In this document: positions 19,172-29,386 of the stretch, piece after piece | Layout: every line of letters starts with the position of its first letter | Numbering within the stretch: the stretch's first letter is position 1 | Assembly: GCA_039934515.1 (NCBI GenBank) | Contig: JBDTLZ010000122.1 | Coordinates: forward strand, 1,874 to 65,873 | Direction of reading: 5' to 3' | Length of the DNA: 64,000 bases | From: Ginsengibacter sp. | GTDB taxonomy: Bacteria > Bacteroidota > Bacteroidia > Chitinophagales > Chitinophagaceae | The notes under the pieces: model-generated | Database searches by the model: none | What the model was told of the DNA's origin: nothing | Seen by the model: the letters and a program-made list of their open reading frames with translations, nothing else | Made by a program: the position numbers and the translations under genes

Positions 19172-22057
19172 TTATTTTTTTATCAGTCTTACAATACGGA
19201 TGTTCTCTTTATCAGCTACGTTAATTTCATATACTCCGGCTGCATAGTTTGAAATGTCCAGAGCAACGCGGGTGTTTGAAATATCAGACCATAATTTTTT
19301 GTATACGACCCTTCCAAATACATCATAAATTTTTACAACCACCTTATTGGCAAAACCATCGCCAAATTGAAGGTATGCAGCATTATGAGCAGGATTGGGA
19401 TAAACGGCAACATTCATGAGAGACCGCTTATGAACAATTGCCGTTACGACCTGGGAAAAATTCTTTTTGCCATCCCGGTTTTTTTGTACGATCTGGTAGT
19501 AATAAAGGACATTTGGCGCCACATCTTTATCATCAAAATTATAGTCTGCACCGCTTCCATTGCTTCCCTTTGCTGTGATCGTTGCGACCGTTACAAACGG
19601 ATCGGTCAATGAACTTTTTCGTTGTAGTTCAAATTCGGCATTATCATATTCTGCTTCGGTTTTCCAGGTGACGTTAATGGAATTATCTGCACCAGATGCC
19701 CTGATTAATACCAAAGCAACGGGCAGCACAACTAGGTTGCAGGTTGGCGGAAGGTCAAAAGCGACAGTTTGGTCATTGGTACTATTGGAGCTCCCCTGTA
19801 ATGCAGAATACCCCATGCCGCGGCGTGCAAATGCAGTCCAGATGAGGCATGAATTGGCTGCTGCATTGTCAATGGTATCAGCGCTTAAAATTGCGTTCCG
19901 TGAATTCAGAAAACCGGGGCTGCAAACCTGCATCTTCAGGCCATCAATCACCAGCTTCATAGCTTTGTTATTGCCCCCTATCCCTGTATAAATGTTCGGG
20001 TCATAGCCATATTTATCAATCATTAGCCAGTACATATCCCATAAAACAGCGCACCATATTTCACCAATGGTATGGACTTCGCCCCCGCTGCTCTGCACGT
20101 CGGCGTATGTGTGGGGGTTAATCGACATATCATAACTATAGGGATATTGTCTCAGGCCGCCACCGGTAGTAGGCTCGCCTACAACATAGGTGGCCATGGG
20201 CCTTGGCGTATTGGCATTATCACCGGGTTTTTGCGTGCATACGAGGGCATACCAATCGCTCCATCCTTCGTCGCCGCGTTCGGAATTATTCATGCAGGTT
20301 GACCCATTTCCAGTTAAGCGATGGGTTATTCCGTGCCCATACTCGTGAAAAATTACCCCGTTGTCAAGATCCCCGTCTTTCTCAGGGATGGTGGTGTTCA
20401 AGGTCGCATTCACTACCGAAGTACCCAAGGCAGTTTTTATCGCAGCCCCGGCTACATCAGTTACCATGATCGACGGAATAATAATGGTTGGATCGGTGCC
20501 ACCCAGGGTAATAGGTGTTCCCGGAACATTATTTACAAGGATAACACCTATCGCTCCTGCATCCTGTGCATTTTTTACTTTTACTGTAAATGAGCAGGCA
20601 CCCCTGTCAATAAGAGCTATGTTGCCTGCTATTGCAGCCGCATTTGTTAACGCAGCACATCCATTGGCAGCGTTTGCCGTCACTACGTTACCGGTAACAT
20701 TTGAAACGCCGATGCAGGGCCCGTATGTGCCAGACGAAGATGCGGGATAATTGCCTGCGATTGAACCCGGTGAATTGATCCTGGTGTTGGCTCCGCCCGA
20801 AAATAAATACATTTGCATCCTTGGGCTTACGCCATCAGCCCCTGTGCCCATGTTTGCATTGTCTCTCAAACAAGGAACTGAATTGCGGCTATCCTGGGCC
20901 TCCGCATACAGGTAGTCATTCTGCGCTCCTCCCTGGCCTGCGTTATTTTTTTGGAAATTCCTGGAGGCCTCATTAAATCCGTATTGATACCATAGGTCGT
21001 GCATCGTGTTATTAGCATAAAATAGTTGGGTAAGGGCAGCATTTGTATAGGTCACGGGTTCACCTGTAAGATCCATCGGGAAATTAAAATCTAATCCCGC
21101 GCCCCCATCGGCAGACCTGGCAGGGCTGGGCGAATTATTATTAAGCGTGTCAAGATAAGCCCATACATTATTTCCCCTGGTATAGGTATAATTTGAGGTC
21201 CCATCATTTAACCATCCATAGGGTGATGCCAACGCTCCGGCTGCATTCCAGGGGCTATTGATTACCGAGCGGGAAGCAAATGAAGGCGCTTCAGCCGGCC
21301 GGTCCGTTACATTAAAATCATTGGTTGCATCAGGTGAAGCTATATTTCCGTTTATCGATTGACCTAAGGCTGAATCAGATGCTGCGGGTTGTGTAAAATT
21401 GCACGATACCACCATATTATTTTTTGAAAGTACCTCACCCGTTTTAGCATCAACAAATACATCCCACCATTCTCTGGCGTCCGTTTTATAAATATTTACT
21501 TTCCATACAAGTTTTAATTTCCCCGTTGTTTCCTCCGGCAGCAACATAAGTTCAGATGAAATATCCTGTAAGGCCATATTTTCTTTTGCAAATAATGTTT
21601 CATTGGGTTTTTTTGCCCTTAACGGGGTTGAGTTTACCTCTGCAAGGTTGCTTTTTAGCGGAATATTCAAATGCTGTAATGCTTTCTCTGCCGAAGTGTT
21701 TGCAGGTAAAGAGGGTTTGGCATCAATAACTTTGCGATCAAGATCGCTCTGAAAAGTGCTGTTGAAATAAACTACCTCATGATGATTATTCAGGTGAACG
21801 CCGGCAACTGAATTGTATATATAAACGCCTTTGTAAAGCTGGCTAAGGTATACATGGCTGATGCCAGTCGCGGCATCTGTATTTTCGTCAATTAGCCTTA
21901 TGTCGGCCACATCTCCGGGTTCCAGATGGAATGCTGCTGCATGGCTTTTGATGTAATTAATTGCGAGCGAGGCTGTTTTACTTTGGGCATTTACCTTTGC
22001 TAATGACAGAACTGCAAACAAAGATAACAGGGCAACTCTCTGCACCGGATTTTGCAT
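19172..22057 (-). CDS. T9SS-secreted M36 (fungalysin) metallopeptidase with PA domain
   Basis: Signal peptide, FTP/PepSY propeptide, YGFNEASRNFQ, PA insert (IALIDRGACSFTVKVKNAQDAGA), zinc motif HEYGH and EGWSD, AFARRGMG, type-A CTD (VYPNPA...RLIKK). Confidence 0.92.
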   Translation of the reverse strand: MQNPVQRVALLSLFAVLSLAKVNAQSKTASLAINYIKSHAAAFHLEPGDVADIRLIDENTDAATGISHVYLSQLYKGVYIYNSVAGVHLNNHHEVVYFNSTFQSDLDRKVIDAKPSLPANTSAEKALQHLNIPLKSNLAEVNSTPLRAKKPNETLFAKENMALQDISSELMLLPEETTGKLKLVWKVNIYKTDAREWWDVFVDAKTGEVLSKNNMVVSCNFTQPAASDSALGQSINGNIASPDATNDFNVTDRPAEAPSFASRSVINSPWNAAGALASPYGWLNDGTSNYTYTRGNNVWAYLDTLNNNSPSPARSADGGAGLDFNFPMDLTGEPVTYTNAALTQLFYANNTMHDLWYQYGFNEASRNFQKNNAGQGGAQNDYLYAEAQDSRNSVPCLRDNANMGTGADGVSPRMQMYLFSGGANTRINSPGSIAGNYPASSSGTYGPCIGVSNVTGNVVTANAANGCAALTNAAAIAGNIALIDRGACSFTVKVKNAQDAGAIGVILVNNVPGTPITLGGTDPTIIIPSIMVTDVAGAAIKTALGTSVVNATLNTTIPEKDGDLDNGVIFHEYGHGITHRLTGNGSTCMNNSERGDEGWSDWYALVCTQKPGDNANTPRPMATYVVGEPTTGGGLRQYPYSYDMSINPHTYADVQSSGGEVHTIGEIWCAVLWDMYWLMIDKYGYDPNIYTGIGGNNKAMKLVIDGLKMQVCSPGFLNSRNAILSADTIDNAAANSCLIWTAFARRGMGYSALQGSSNSTNDQTVAFDLPPTCNLVVLPVALVLIRASGADNSINVTWKTEAEYDNAEFELQRKSSLTDPFVTVATITAKGSNGSGADYNFDDKDVAPNVLYYYQIVQKNRDGKKNFSQVVTAIVHKRSLMNVAVYPNPAHNAAYLQFGDGFANKVVVKIYDVFGRVVYKKLWSDISNTRVALDISNYAAGVYEINVADKENIRIVRLIKK

Positions 22058-22193
22058 AGACCTGGTTTACATGTGAATTATATTGATGGGCAAAATAAAT
22101 GCAATTACCTGTAACGGAAAAACAAAAATGCATGGTTGCTAATCCACTAAATGCCGCCATTCATAGTCGTTGAAGCCTGTTTTCCATTCAAAA

Positions 22194-23753
22194 TTACCTG
22201 GCCATATTAACCGCTCTTTTTTCACGGATTACAGTAACTTTTATCTGTCCGGGATAGGTCATCTCGGTTTGAATTTTTTGCGCTATTTCAAAACTTAGTT
22301 TGTCGCTGTCACCGTCGCTCACCTTGTCTGCTTCAACAATAACCCTGAGCTCCCGGCCTGCTTGTATAGCATACGCTTTCTCTACACCGTTATATGCCAG
22401 CGCCAGGTTTTCAAGGTCCTTGATACGCTGAAGATATTGCTGCATTATTTCACGGCGGGCACCAGGTCTTGCCCCACTCATAGAGTCACAGGCTTGCACC
22501 ACCGGCGAGATCACATATTGCATTTCCACCTCGTCGTGGTGCGCCCCGATGGCGTTACAAACGGCGGGGTTTTCTCCGTATTTCTCGGCGAGCTTCATCC
22601 CCAGCAATGCATGGCTCAATTCAGTTTCATCATCGGGTACTTTACCAATATCATGAAGAAGGCCGGCACGCTTGGCAAGTTTTGCGTTCATGCCCAGCTC
22701 AGCGGCCATTATGCCACAAAGATTGGCTACTTCGCGGCTGTGCATCAATAGGTTCTGACCATAGGATGACCTGAAACGCATTTTACCGACAATCCTTACC
22801 AGTTCTTTATGAAGGCCGTGAATGCCCAATTCAATCACTGTACGCTCGCCGATTTCTATTATCTGTTCTTCCAGTTGCTTACGGGTTTTTTCTACCACTT
22901 CTTCAATGCGCGCCGGATGTATGCGGCCGTCGGTTACAAGGCGTTGAAGTGATAGACGGGCAATTTCCCGACGAAGCGGGTCAAACGAGGAAAGTATGAT
23001 CGCTTCCGGCGTGTCATCAACGATCAGGTCTACCCCTGTTGCTGCTTCGATCGCTCGTATGTTCCTGCCTTCGCGGCCGATTATTGACCCCTTGATCTCA
23101 TCGCTTTCCAGGTTAAAAACGGTGATGGCATTTTCGATTGCCTGTTCTGAAGCAGTACGTTGAATGGTTTGAATAATTATTTTTCGGGCTTCTTTATTGG
23201 CCCTGAGCTTAGCTTCGTCAACTATTTCCTGTTGTATTACAAGTGCCTGGGAATTAGCCTCCTGGCGTAAAGATTCGATAAGCTGGGATTTAGCTTCATC
23301 TGCGGAAAGCCCTGATACTTTCTCCAGCCTGCGGATGTGCTCCTCCTGGTGTTTCTCCAGCTCGGTGCGCTTTATATTAACCACCTCAATCTGCCGGTTT
23401 AGGGTTTCCTTAATGGCTTCATTTTCCTTTACAAGTCGCTCGACATTCTGGTCTTTCTGGTTGATGGATTGCTCTTTTTGTTTCAGGCGGTTCTCGGAGT
23501 CGCTCAGCTTTTGGTTACGTTGAAAAACTTCTTTGTCATGCTCTGCTTTTAATTGTACGAATCGTTCTTTAGCTTCGAGCTGCTTTTCTTTTTTTATTGT
23601 CTCAGCCTGAAACTGCGCATCGGAAATAAGTTTTTGAGCTTCTGATTCTGCTTTTTCTACTTGTTGTTTGGTGTTTTTGGCAAAAATGATTTTACCCAGG
23701 ATAATGCCGGCTGTTAAAGCTACAATACCAATTATTATTGGGATCAGTTCCAT
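22194..23753 (-). CDS. rny: Ribonuclease Y
   Basis: N-terminal TM helix, coiled coil, KH domain [12 protein letters not shown] domain [18 protein letters not shown]. Confidence 0.97.
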   Translation of the reverse strand: MELIPIIIGIVALTAGIILGKIIFAKNTKQQVEKAESEAQKLISDAQFQAETIKKEKQLEAKERFVQLKAEHDKEVFQRNQKLSDSENRLKQKEQSINQKDQNVERLVKENEAIKETLNRQIEVVNIKRTELEKHQEEHIRRLEKVSGLSADEAKSQLIESLRQEANSQALVIQQEIVDEAKLRANKEARKIIIQTIQRTASEQAIENAITVFNLESDEIKGSIIGREGRNIRAIEAATGVDLIVDDTPEAIILSSFDPLRREIARLSLQRLVTDGRIHPARIEEVVEKTRKQLEEQIIEIGERTVIELGIHGLHKELVRIVGKMRFRSSYGQNLLMHSREVANLCGIMAAELGMNAKLAKRAGLLHDIGKVPDDETELSHALLGMKLAEKYGENPAVCNAIGAHHDEVEMQYVISPVVQACDSMSGARPGARREIMQQYLQRIKDLENLALAYNGVEKAYAIQAGRELRVIVEADKVSDGDSDKLSFEIAQKIQTEMTYPGQIKVTVIREKRAVNMAR

Positions 23754-23830
23754 TGTCTTTTAATGATTTAATACGGTTCATAATCTATAATCCTCTCTTA
23801 AAACGCAATTTCTTTCGAAAATGCGACGGA

Positions 23831-23838
23831 CGAAGATA
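23831..23838 (-). promoter_or_regulatory. -7 promoter element upstream of rny
   Basis: TATCTTCG on the minus strand, 77 nt before the rny ATG. Confidence 0.55.
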
Positions 23839-23997
23839 GTATAAATTGTGTGTAATATTGGGGGTAGATAGTGAGTTATAACCAAGGGGCGATAAATGGT
23901 CAAATAAGTTTGTAAATGATTGACTGCTAATCCGGCATACCGGCAAGGCTGGTTGAGGATCTGTAGCTGTCAATGACTGGTTGCCTGTTAAGTTGTA

Positions 23998-24288
23998 CTA
24001 ATCCACAGCCGCCTCCAGTTGCCTGTCTATTTTTGCCAATGCTTCAGTAAATTCCTTTAGCGAGGTTTCATTTGCCATATCGGCCTGTGGCTGGGTAGCA
24101 AACCATATTAATACCATTGCAATATAGTCCTGCATATCTTTTCCGGCAAAATGGGAACGAAATTCAAGGATTTTGTTATTAATGACCTTTAGCGTTCCCC
24201 GTACTTTTTCTTCATCACTGGGAAGAATTTTAATGCGGTACGACCTGTCACCAATCAGGATATTTAACGGTATAAGCTCAGCTTCCAT
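23998..24288 (-). CDS. zapA: Cell division protein ZapA
   Basis: IGDRSYRIKI...EEKVR...DMQDYIAM, in the conserved pheT-(zapB-like)-zapA-rny order. Confidence 0.9.
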   Translation of the reverse strand: MEAELIPLNILIGDRSYRIKILPSDEEKVRGTLKVINNKILEFRSHFAGKDMQDYIAMVLIWFATQPQADMANETSLKEFTEALAKIDRQLEAAVD

Positions 24289-24290
24289 AA

Positions 24291-24578
24291 TCAGTTATTT
24301 AGCATTGTGATACATTTATCCAGATCCTTTATATATTGATTGATCCTCTTTTCGAAGTCATGTTTCTCTTTTTCATTCATTTTTCCTGAGGACGCCTGAA
24401 GCATGCCGGCCTGCATTTCAAGCGAATCGATTTTTTCGAGGAACTTTTTTTCGTTCTTCAGTTTGTCTTCCAGTTCCTGCTGTAAAGTTGCATTTTCTTT
24501 ACGCACGGCTGCATGCTTTTTGAGCAACTGCTGTAGTTTGCTATTTATGGAACTTATATGTTCTTCGGCTGTCTTCAT
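24291..24578 (-). CDS. Coiled-coil protein, ZapB-like
   Basis: 95-aa heptad-rich ORF ending IKDLDKCITMLNN, immediately upstream of zapA. Confidence 0.75.
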   Translation of the reverse strand: MKTAEEHISSINSKLQQLLKKHAAVRKENATLQQELEDKLKNEKKFLEKIDSLEMQAGMLQASSGKMNEKEKHDFEKRINQYIKDLDKCITMLNN

Positions 24579-24690
24579 CCAGGTTAATTTACATAATTTT
24601 TAAGGTCCGGAAGCAGGCGGTTATTATAACACCAGTGTTAAGTCAACTATATTTTGACGTAATTTCTAATACACCAGTTTTTAAAACATG

Positions 24691-24708
24691 ATCCGATGGC
24701 TATCGGAT
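24691..24708. repeat. 18-bp palindromic repeat ATCCGATGGCTATCGGAT
   Basis: Near-perfect palindrome. A second copy with 2 mismatches lies at 63007-63024 in the opposite orientation. Confidence 0.7.
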
Positions 24709-24785
24709 TGCCGAATGAGTACAATGTTGTCCTGATCCGTGCCCGAAATGGTGATATCACGTTATGTCTTTTCATTCGTAACATA

Positions 24786-27263
24786 CTACCAGGCTGTTCT
24801 CCTGATCTCTGCGTTCCAATCTCTTTCAAATACATGAATAATTCGTGCCATCATTTCATCTGTTTCGCGGTCGGTGAGTGTTTTTTCCCTGTCGGAAAAC
24901 ACAAAGCTGATCGCCAGGGATTTTTTATCAACACCAATTTTCTCATTTTCAAATACATCAAACAATTTTATGGAGATAAGCCTGGTTAAATGTAAAGCGG
25001 TTACCGAATCTTCCAATGACTGGTAAGAAGTTTTTTTATCAACAATAATTGACAGGTCCCGATGTACCTGTGGGAATTTTGGAATTTCCAGAAAGGAAAT
25101 ATCCTTTTCCTGTAAAAGAGAAACCAATAAGCGCCAATTTACAGATAGATAAAAAACGGGCTGCTTAATGGAAGATTTTTCAAGGATTGTTTTTTGAATG
25201 CTGCCCGCTTCCGCAATAAGCCCGTCATTTGACGTGGCAAAAATACAATCATCAAGTTCATCGTGCTTCCCCGCAGCGAAACGGTAATCGGTTAAGCCGG
25301 CAAGAGAAAAAATATGCTTACAGATGCCCTTTACAAAAAAGATGTCCATTTTTTCAGCGGGTGTTTTCCAGCCTCCTTCTTTTTTATTGCCGGTAAAATA
25401 CAGGGCAAGGCTGTCCGTTTCGGTATATTTTCCAGCCCCGGTAGTTGAATATATTTTTCCGAATTCAAAAAATAAAATATCCTGATTTTTCCTGTTCAGA
25501 TTATAAGCAACGCTTTCAAGCCCTGTAGGCATCATTGACGGCCGCATCACGTTGAGTCCTTCGCTGAGGCTATTGATAATTTTTACGGTCCTGGAAAGGG
25601 TGGCTTCAGTAAAATATTTACTGTTGGTGATGGAGTTTGTAAAAATTTCTGAAAATCCGTTGCCTGTAAGCCACCCGGCTACTTTTTCTTTTAATGCTGC
25701 CTCGCGGGCCCCGGTTTCATTGCCGGGGAACAAAGTAATCGCTGCAGGAATTGCTACGTTGTCCAGTCCGTCAATTCTCATAATTTCTTCCACGATATCC
25801 GCTGGTATCGCAATATCAGGATTGCTGAAAGGCGCAGCAACGGTTAATTCACCGTTACCTTCGCTTATAATCGAAAAATTTAAACTCTTTAAAATATTTT
25901 TTACAGTTTCGCCGGCATATTTTTTTCCACTCAATTTTTCAAGGTACTTGTTTTGTAAAGTGACCTCTTTTTGTTGTTTAGGTGCAGGGTAGATATCTAT
26001 GATTTCTGACGTGAATTCACCTCCGCAAATTTCTTTAATAAGCAGCGCTGCCCTTTTCAGTACGTGAACAGTATTTCCTATATCAACACCTTTTTCAAAC
26101 CTCACGGCGGCTTCCGTCCTCAAATTATGCCGGAAAGACGATTTTCTGATAGATGCAGGGTTAAACCAGGCACTTTCTAAAAAAATATTTTTTGTATTGT
26201 CGGTAACGCCGCTATCGAACCCGCCGAAAACACCTCCAATGCACATTGGATACCCGTTTCCGTTACATATCATCAGGTCATCACCACTGAGCACCCTGAT
26301 TTTTTCATCCAAAGTAGTGAACAGCGTCCCTTCAGCGAGTGTTCTCACCACTATTTTGCCGGCGTTTACAGCAGGAAGGCTTTGAGTTATAGCGCCTGCA
26401 TCAAATGCATGGAGGGGCTGCCCTGTTTCATGTAAAATAAAATTGGTAATGTCCACAATGTTACTAATGGGTCGCACACCAATGCCTCTGAGCTTCCTTT
26501 GGAGCCAGTCTGGTGACTCGCCTATGGTGATGCCTGAAATACTTATTCCGGCATACCTCGCACAGGCCTTTGTATCCAAAATCGTGACCTCGATGGTATT
26601 GGAGGTATCGTATGATTTGAAGTTATTTGTAAAAGGCGACACCATTTTTATCCCAGGCTGTTGGTGGTGAGAGAGGTATGCACATACATCTTTAGCCACT
26701 CCCATATGGCTCATGGCATCCATACGGTTTGGAGTAAGGCCGATTTCTAAAATCGTATCGAAGGAAGGCCTGTAGTAATCATAGGCGCTGGTCCCGGTTT
26801 TCGTATCAGCAGGCAGTACAATGATGCCTTTGTGACGTTCACCAACGCCAATTTCATCCTCCGCGCACAACATCCCATTGCTTTCTATTCCCCGGATAGT
26901 AGTTTTTTTAATTGTTACAGGTTCCTGGTTCAGGGGGTAAATTGTTGCGCCAACCGGGGCAATTACCACTTTTTGCCCCGCAGCAACATTAGGAGCGCCG
27001 CACACTATCTGTAGCGTTTCCCCATGGCCGTTACTAACGGTTGTTATGCTGAGTTTATCAGCATTTGGATGCTTTTCGCAGGTAATAACTTCGCCTACCA
27101 GCAAGGCTTGCAGGCTACGGGCATCCCCGTAGCTGTGAATATCTTCTACTTCCAGCCCCACAGAAGTTAAAATAGCCGCCATTTTTTGAGGGCTTTCCAC
27201 CATTTTTGAATTGAGGATTTCCGGGGGTAGGTAATCATTGAGCCAGTTGTAACTAATCTTCAT
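24786..27263 (-). CDS. pheT: Phenylalanine-tRNA ligase beta subunit
   Basis: MKISYNWL, KHPNADKL, IVCGAPNV, EIGLTPNRMD, GQPLHAFD, RFEKGVD, FDX-ACB RDLSIIV. Start reassigned to 27263. Confidence 0.97.
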   Translation of the reverse strand: MKISYNWLNDYLPPEILNSKMVESPQKMAAILTSVGLEVEDIHSYGDARSLQALLVGEVITCEKHPNADKLSITTVSNGHGETLQIVCGAPNVAAGQKVVIAPVGATIYPLNQEPVTIKKTTIRGIESNGMLCAEDEIGVGERHKGIIVLPADTKTGTSAYDYYRPSFDTILEIGLTPNRMDAMSHMGVAKDVCAYLSHHQQPGIKMVSPFTNNFKSYDTSNTIEVTILDTKACARYAGISISGITIGESPDWLQRKLRGIGVRPISNIVDITNFILHETGQPLHAFDAGAITQSLPAVNAGKIVVRTLAEGTLFTTLDEKIRVLSGDDLMICNGNGYPMCIGGVFGGFDSGVTDNTKNIFLESAWFNPASIRKSSFRHNLRTEAAVRFEKGVDIGNTVHVLKRAALLIKEICGGEFTSEIIDIYPAPKQQKEVTLQNKYLEKLSGKKYAGETVKNILKSLNFSIISEGNGELTVAAPFSNPDIAIPADIVEEIMRIDGLDNVAIPAAITLFPGNETGAREAALKEKVAGWLTGNGFSEIFTNSITNSKYFTEATLSRTVKIINSLSEGLNVMRPSMMPTGLESVAYNLNRKNQDILFFEFGKIYSTTGAGKYTETDSLALYFTGNKKEGGWKTPAEKMDIFFVKGICKHIFSLAGLTDYRFAAGKHDELDDCIFATSNDGLIAEAGSIQKTILEKSSIKQPVFYLSVNWRLLVSLLQEKDISFLEIPKFPQVHRDLSIIVDKKTSYQSLEDSVTALHLTRLISIKLFDVFENEKIGVDKKSLAISFVFSDREKTLTDRETDEMMARIIHVFERDWNAEIRRTAW

Positions 27264-27272
27264 GTAATCTTT

Positions 27273-27550
27273 TGTGGATGACCATCTTAATTTGCAAATC
27301 ATTCAAAAATAAGAAAGATGCGGCTATAAAGTTCAGGTGGATTTAAAACTGTTTCGTTAATAATTTTTACTAAAAAAGCGTTTAATGAAATGGCCCCAGT
27401 TAAGAAAATTTTAGAGTTTATATCTAAAAAATTAATATTTCTTTTATGCACATTCGGTTGTGAACTATGACAATAAAAAGACTAAAAAATATTTTAAATT
27501 GTGTAAAACGGCCTTATTTGTGTTGAAAACCCGGGATTTCATGTTGATAG
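27273..27550. promoter_or_regulatory. Cluster of DnaA-box-like 9-mers in the AT-rich pheT/dnaB divergent region
   Basis: TTATGCACA (27444) and TGTGTAAAA (27500) match TTWTNCACA exactly. Copies with 1-2 mismatches at 27273, 27459, 27521 and 27542. Confidence 0.5.
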
Positions 27551-27694
27551 GAGGTGAAGCCGGATGGTATAAATTTAAGGGCTTAACAATTTCTTTAAAT
27601 AGATTTTTGTCAATTAACTTAGCCGACCCTATCAATTTTTGCTTGTATAAATAAAAAAATAATTAACCTTCATATAAACGCTTTCAGGAAAAAC

Positions 27695-29254
27695 ATGGAT
27701 CTTACTAACCTCAATAAAGACAGAAAATTACGCAGAAAAAGCGGCTCATTGGAACTCGGGACAATGATGTTTGGAAAGATTCCTCCCCAGGCCAAGGAGT
27801 TGGAAGAGGCCGTTCTCGGGGCCATTATGCTGGAAAAAAATGCATTTGATTTTGTAGTCGAAATTTTAAAACCGGAATGCTTTTATGTTGAGGCCAATCA
27901 GCGTATTTTCAGGGCAATGCAGGGCTTGCAGCAGAAAAACTCCCCGATTGACCTGCTAACGGTCGTTGAAGAATTAAAATTCAGGCAGGAACTTGACATT
28001 GCAGGTGGTGCATTTTATGTTACCAGGCTTACAAATTCTGTTGTTTCCTCGGCAAATATTGAAACACACGCCAGGATTATCCTTCAAAAATTTATCCAGC
28101 GGGAGCTTATCAGGATCAGCGGAGAAATAATTGGGGATGCCTACGAAGACACTACCGATGTATTTGACCTCCTCGACGATGCCGAAACCAAGCTTTTTGA
28201 AATTACCAATAATCACTTACGGAAAGATTATGCAAGTATCGATACGGTACTGGTGAAAACCATCCAGCGTATAGAGGATCTTAGAACCCGGCAGGATGAA
28301 ATTACTGGTGTACCCACAGGTTTTGCGCTTCTTGACCACATTACTTACGGTTGGCAACCGAGTGATCTCATTGTGCTTGCCGCACGCCCTTCTGTAGGTA
28401 AAACTGCATTTGCACTAAACCTTGCCCGCAATGCTGCCCTTCATCCTACAAAACCTACGGTAGTAGGCTTTTTTTCGCTGGAAATGAGCGCAGGACAGCT
28501 TGTACAAAGGATCCTGAGTGCAGAAAGCGAAATATGGCTCGAAAAGATTGCCCGCGGACGGCTTGAGGAACATGAGATGAAACAGCTTTACAAAAAAGGA
28601 ATTGAAAGACTCGCATCTGCGCCAATACATATTGATGACACGGCAGCGCTAAACATTTTCGAGCTACGGGCCAAATGCCGCCGCTTGAAAAACCGTCATA
28701 ATGTAGGCCTTATCATTATTGACTATTTGCAGCTTATGAGTGGTGCCGGTGAAAACCGCAATAGTAACAGGGAGCAGGAAATCAGCCGCATTTCAAGAGA
28801 TTTAAAAGGCCTGGCAAAAGAATTGAATATCCCGATAATCGCCCTTAGCCAGTTGAGCCGGGAAGTTGAGAAAAGAAAGGAAGGAAATAAAATGCCGCAG
28901 CTGAGTGACCTGAGAGAATCCGGCGCTATTGAGCAGGATGCAGACATGGTAATGTTCCTCTATCGACCCGAGTATTACGACATCACGGCCAATGAGCTGG
29001 GCGAAAGCAATAAAGGCGAAACACATGTGCGCATCGCCAAACATCGCAACGGGCAGCTCGACACCATCAAACTCAAAGCATTGCTGCATATTCAAAAATT
29101 TGTTGAGGATGACGGCAATGATTTCAGTAAGAGCCTTCCCCAGGGAGGAAGCTGGAAACCGGTAAAGGACACCGGCGGCGATGGCGCAAAACTTTACATA
29201 CAAAAAGGAAGTAAAATGAATGATGGGGAGTTTGATGATGAAACGCCTTTTTAA
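27695..29254 (+). CDS. dnaB: Replicative DNA helicase
   Basis: PPQAKELEEAVLGA, AARPSVGKT, FSLEMS, IIIDYLQL, ALSQLSR, DLRESGAIEQDAD. No intein. Confidence 0.98.
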   Translation: MDLTNLNKDRKLRRKSGSLELGTMMFGKIPPQAKELEEAVLGAIMLEKNAFDFVVEILKPECFYVEANQRIFRAMQGLQQKNSPIDLLTVVEELKFRQELDIAGGAFYVTRLTNSVVSSANIETHARIILQKFIQRELIRISGEIIGDAYEDTTDVFDLLDDAETKLFEITNNHLRKDYASIDTVLVKTIQRIEDLRTRQDEITGVPTGFALLDHITYGWQPSDLIVLAARPSVGKTAFALNLARNAALHPTKPTVVGFFSLEMSAGQLVQRILSAESEIWLEKIARGRLEEHEMKQLYKKGIERLASAPIHIDDTAALNIFELRAKCRRLKNRHNVGLIIIDYLQLMSGAGENRNSNREQEISRISRDLKGLAKELNIPIIALSQLSREVEKRKEGNKMPQLSDLRESGAIEQDADMVMFLYRPEYYDITANELGESNKGETHVRIAKHRNGQLDTIKLKALLHIQKFVEDDGNDFSKSLPQGGSWKPVKDTGGDGAKLYIQKGSKMNDGEFDDETPF

Positions 29255-29386
29255 ACAGTAGTTTTTACCAGGTGTGTGCAGACAATCCGTAAACTACTAC
29301 CATTAAATTTTTATATTTATCGTAGCCATTAAAACATGGCTTATTGCATACCCTGGCCGAACCTATTCTCAAGTGTGGAAAATACA

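Noticed and set aside
27460-27654. 64-aa ORF upstream of dnaB
   Set aside because: GTG start, no motif, and it lies across an AT-rich regulatory region, so it is probably spurious.
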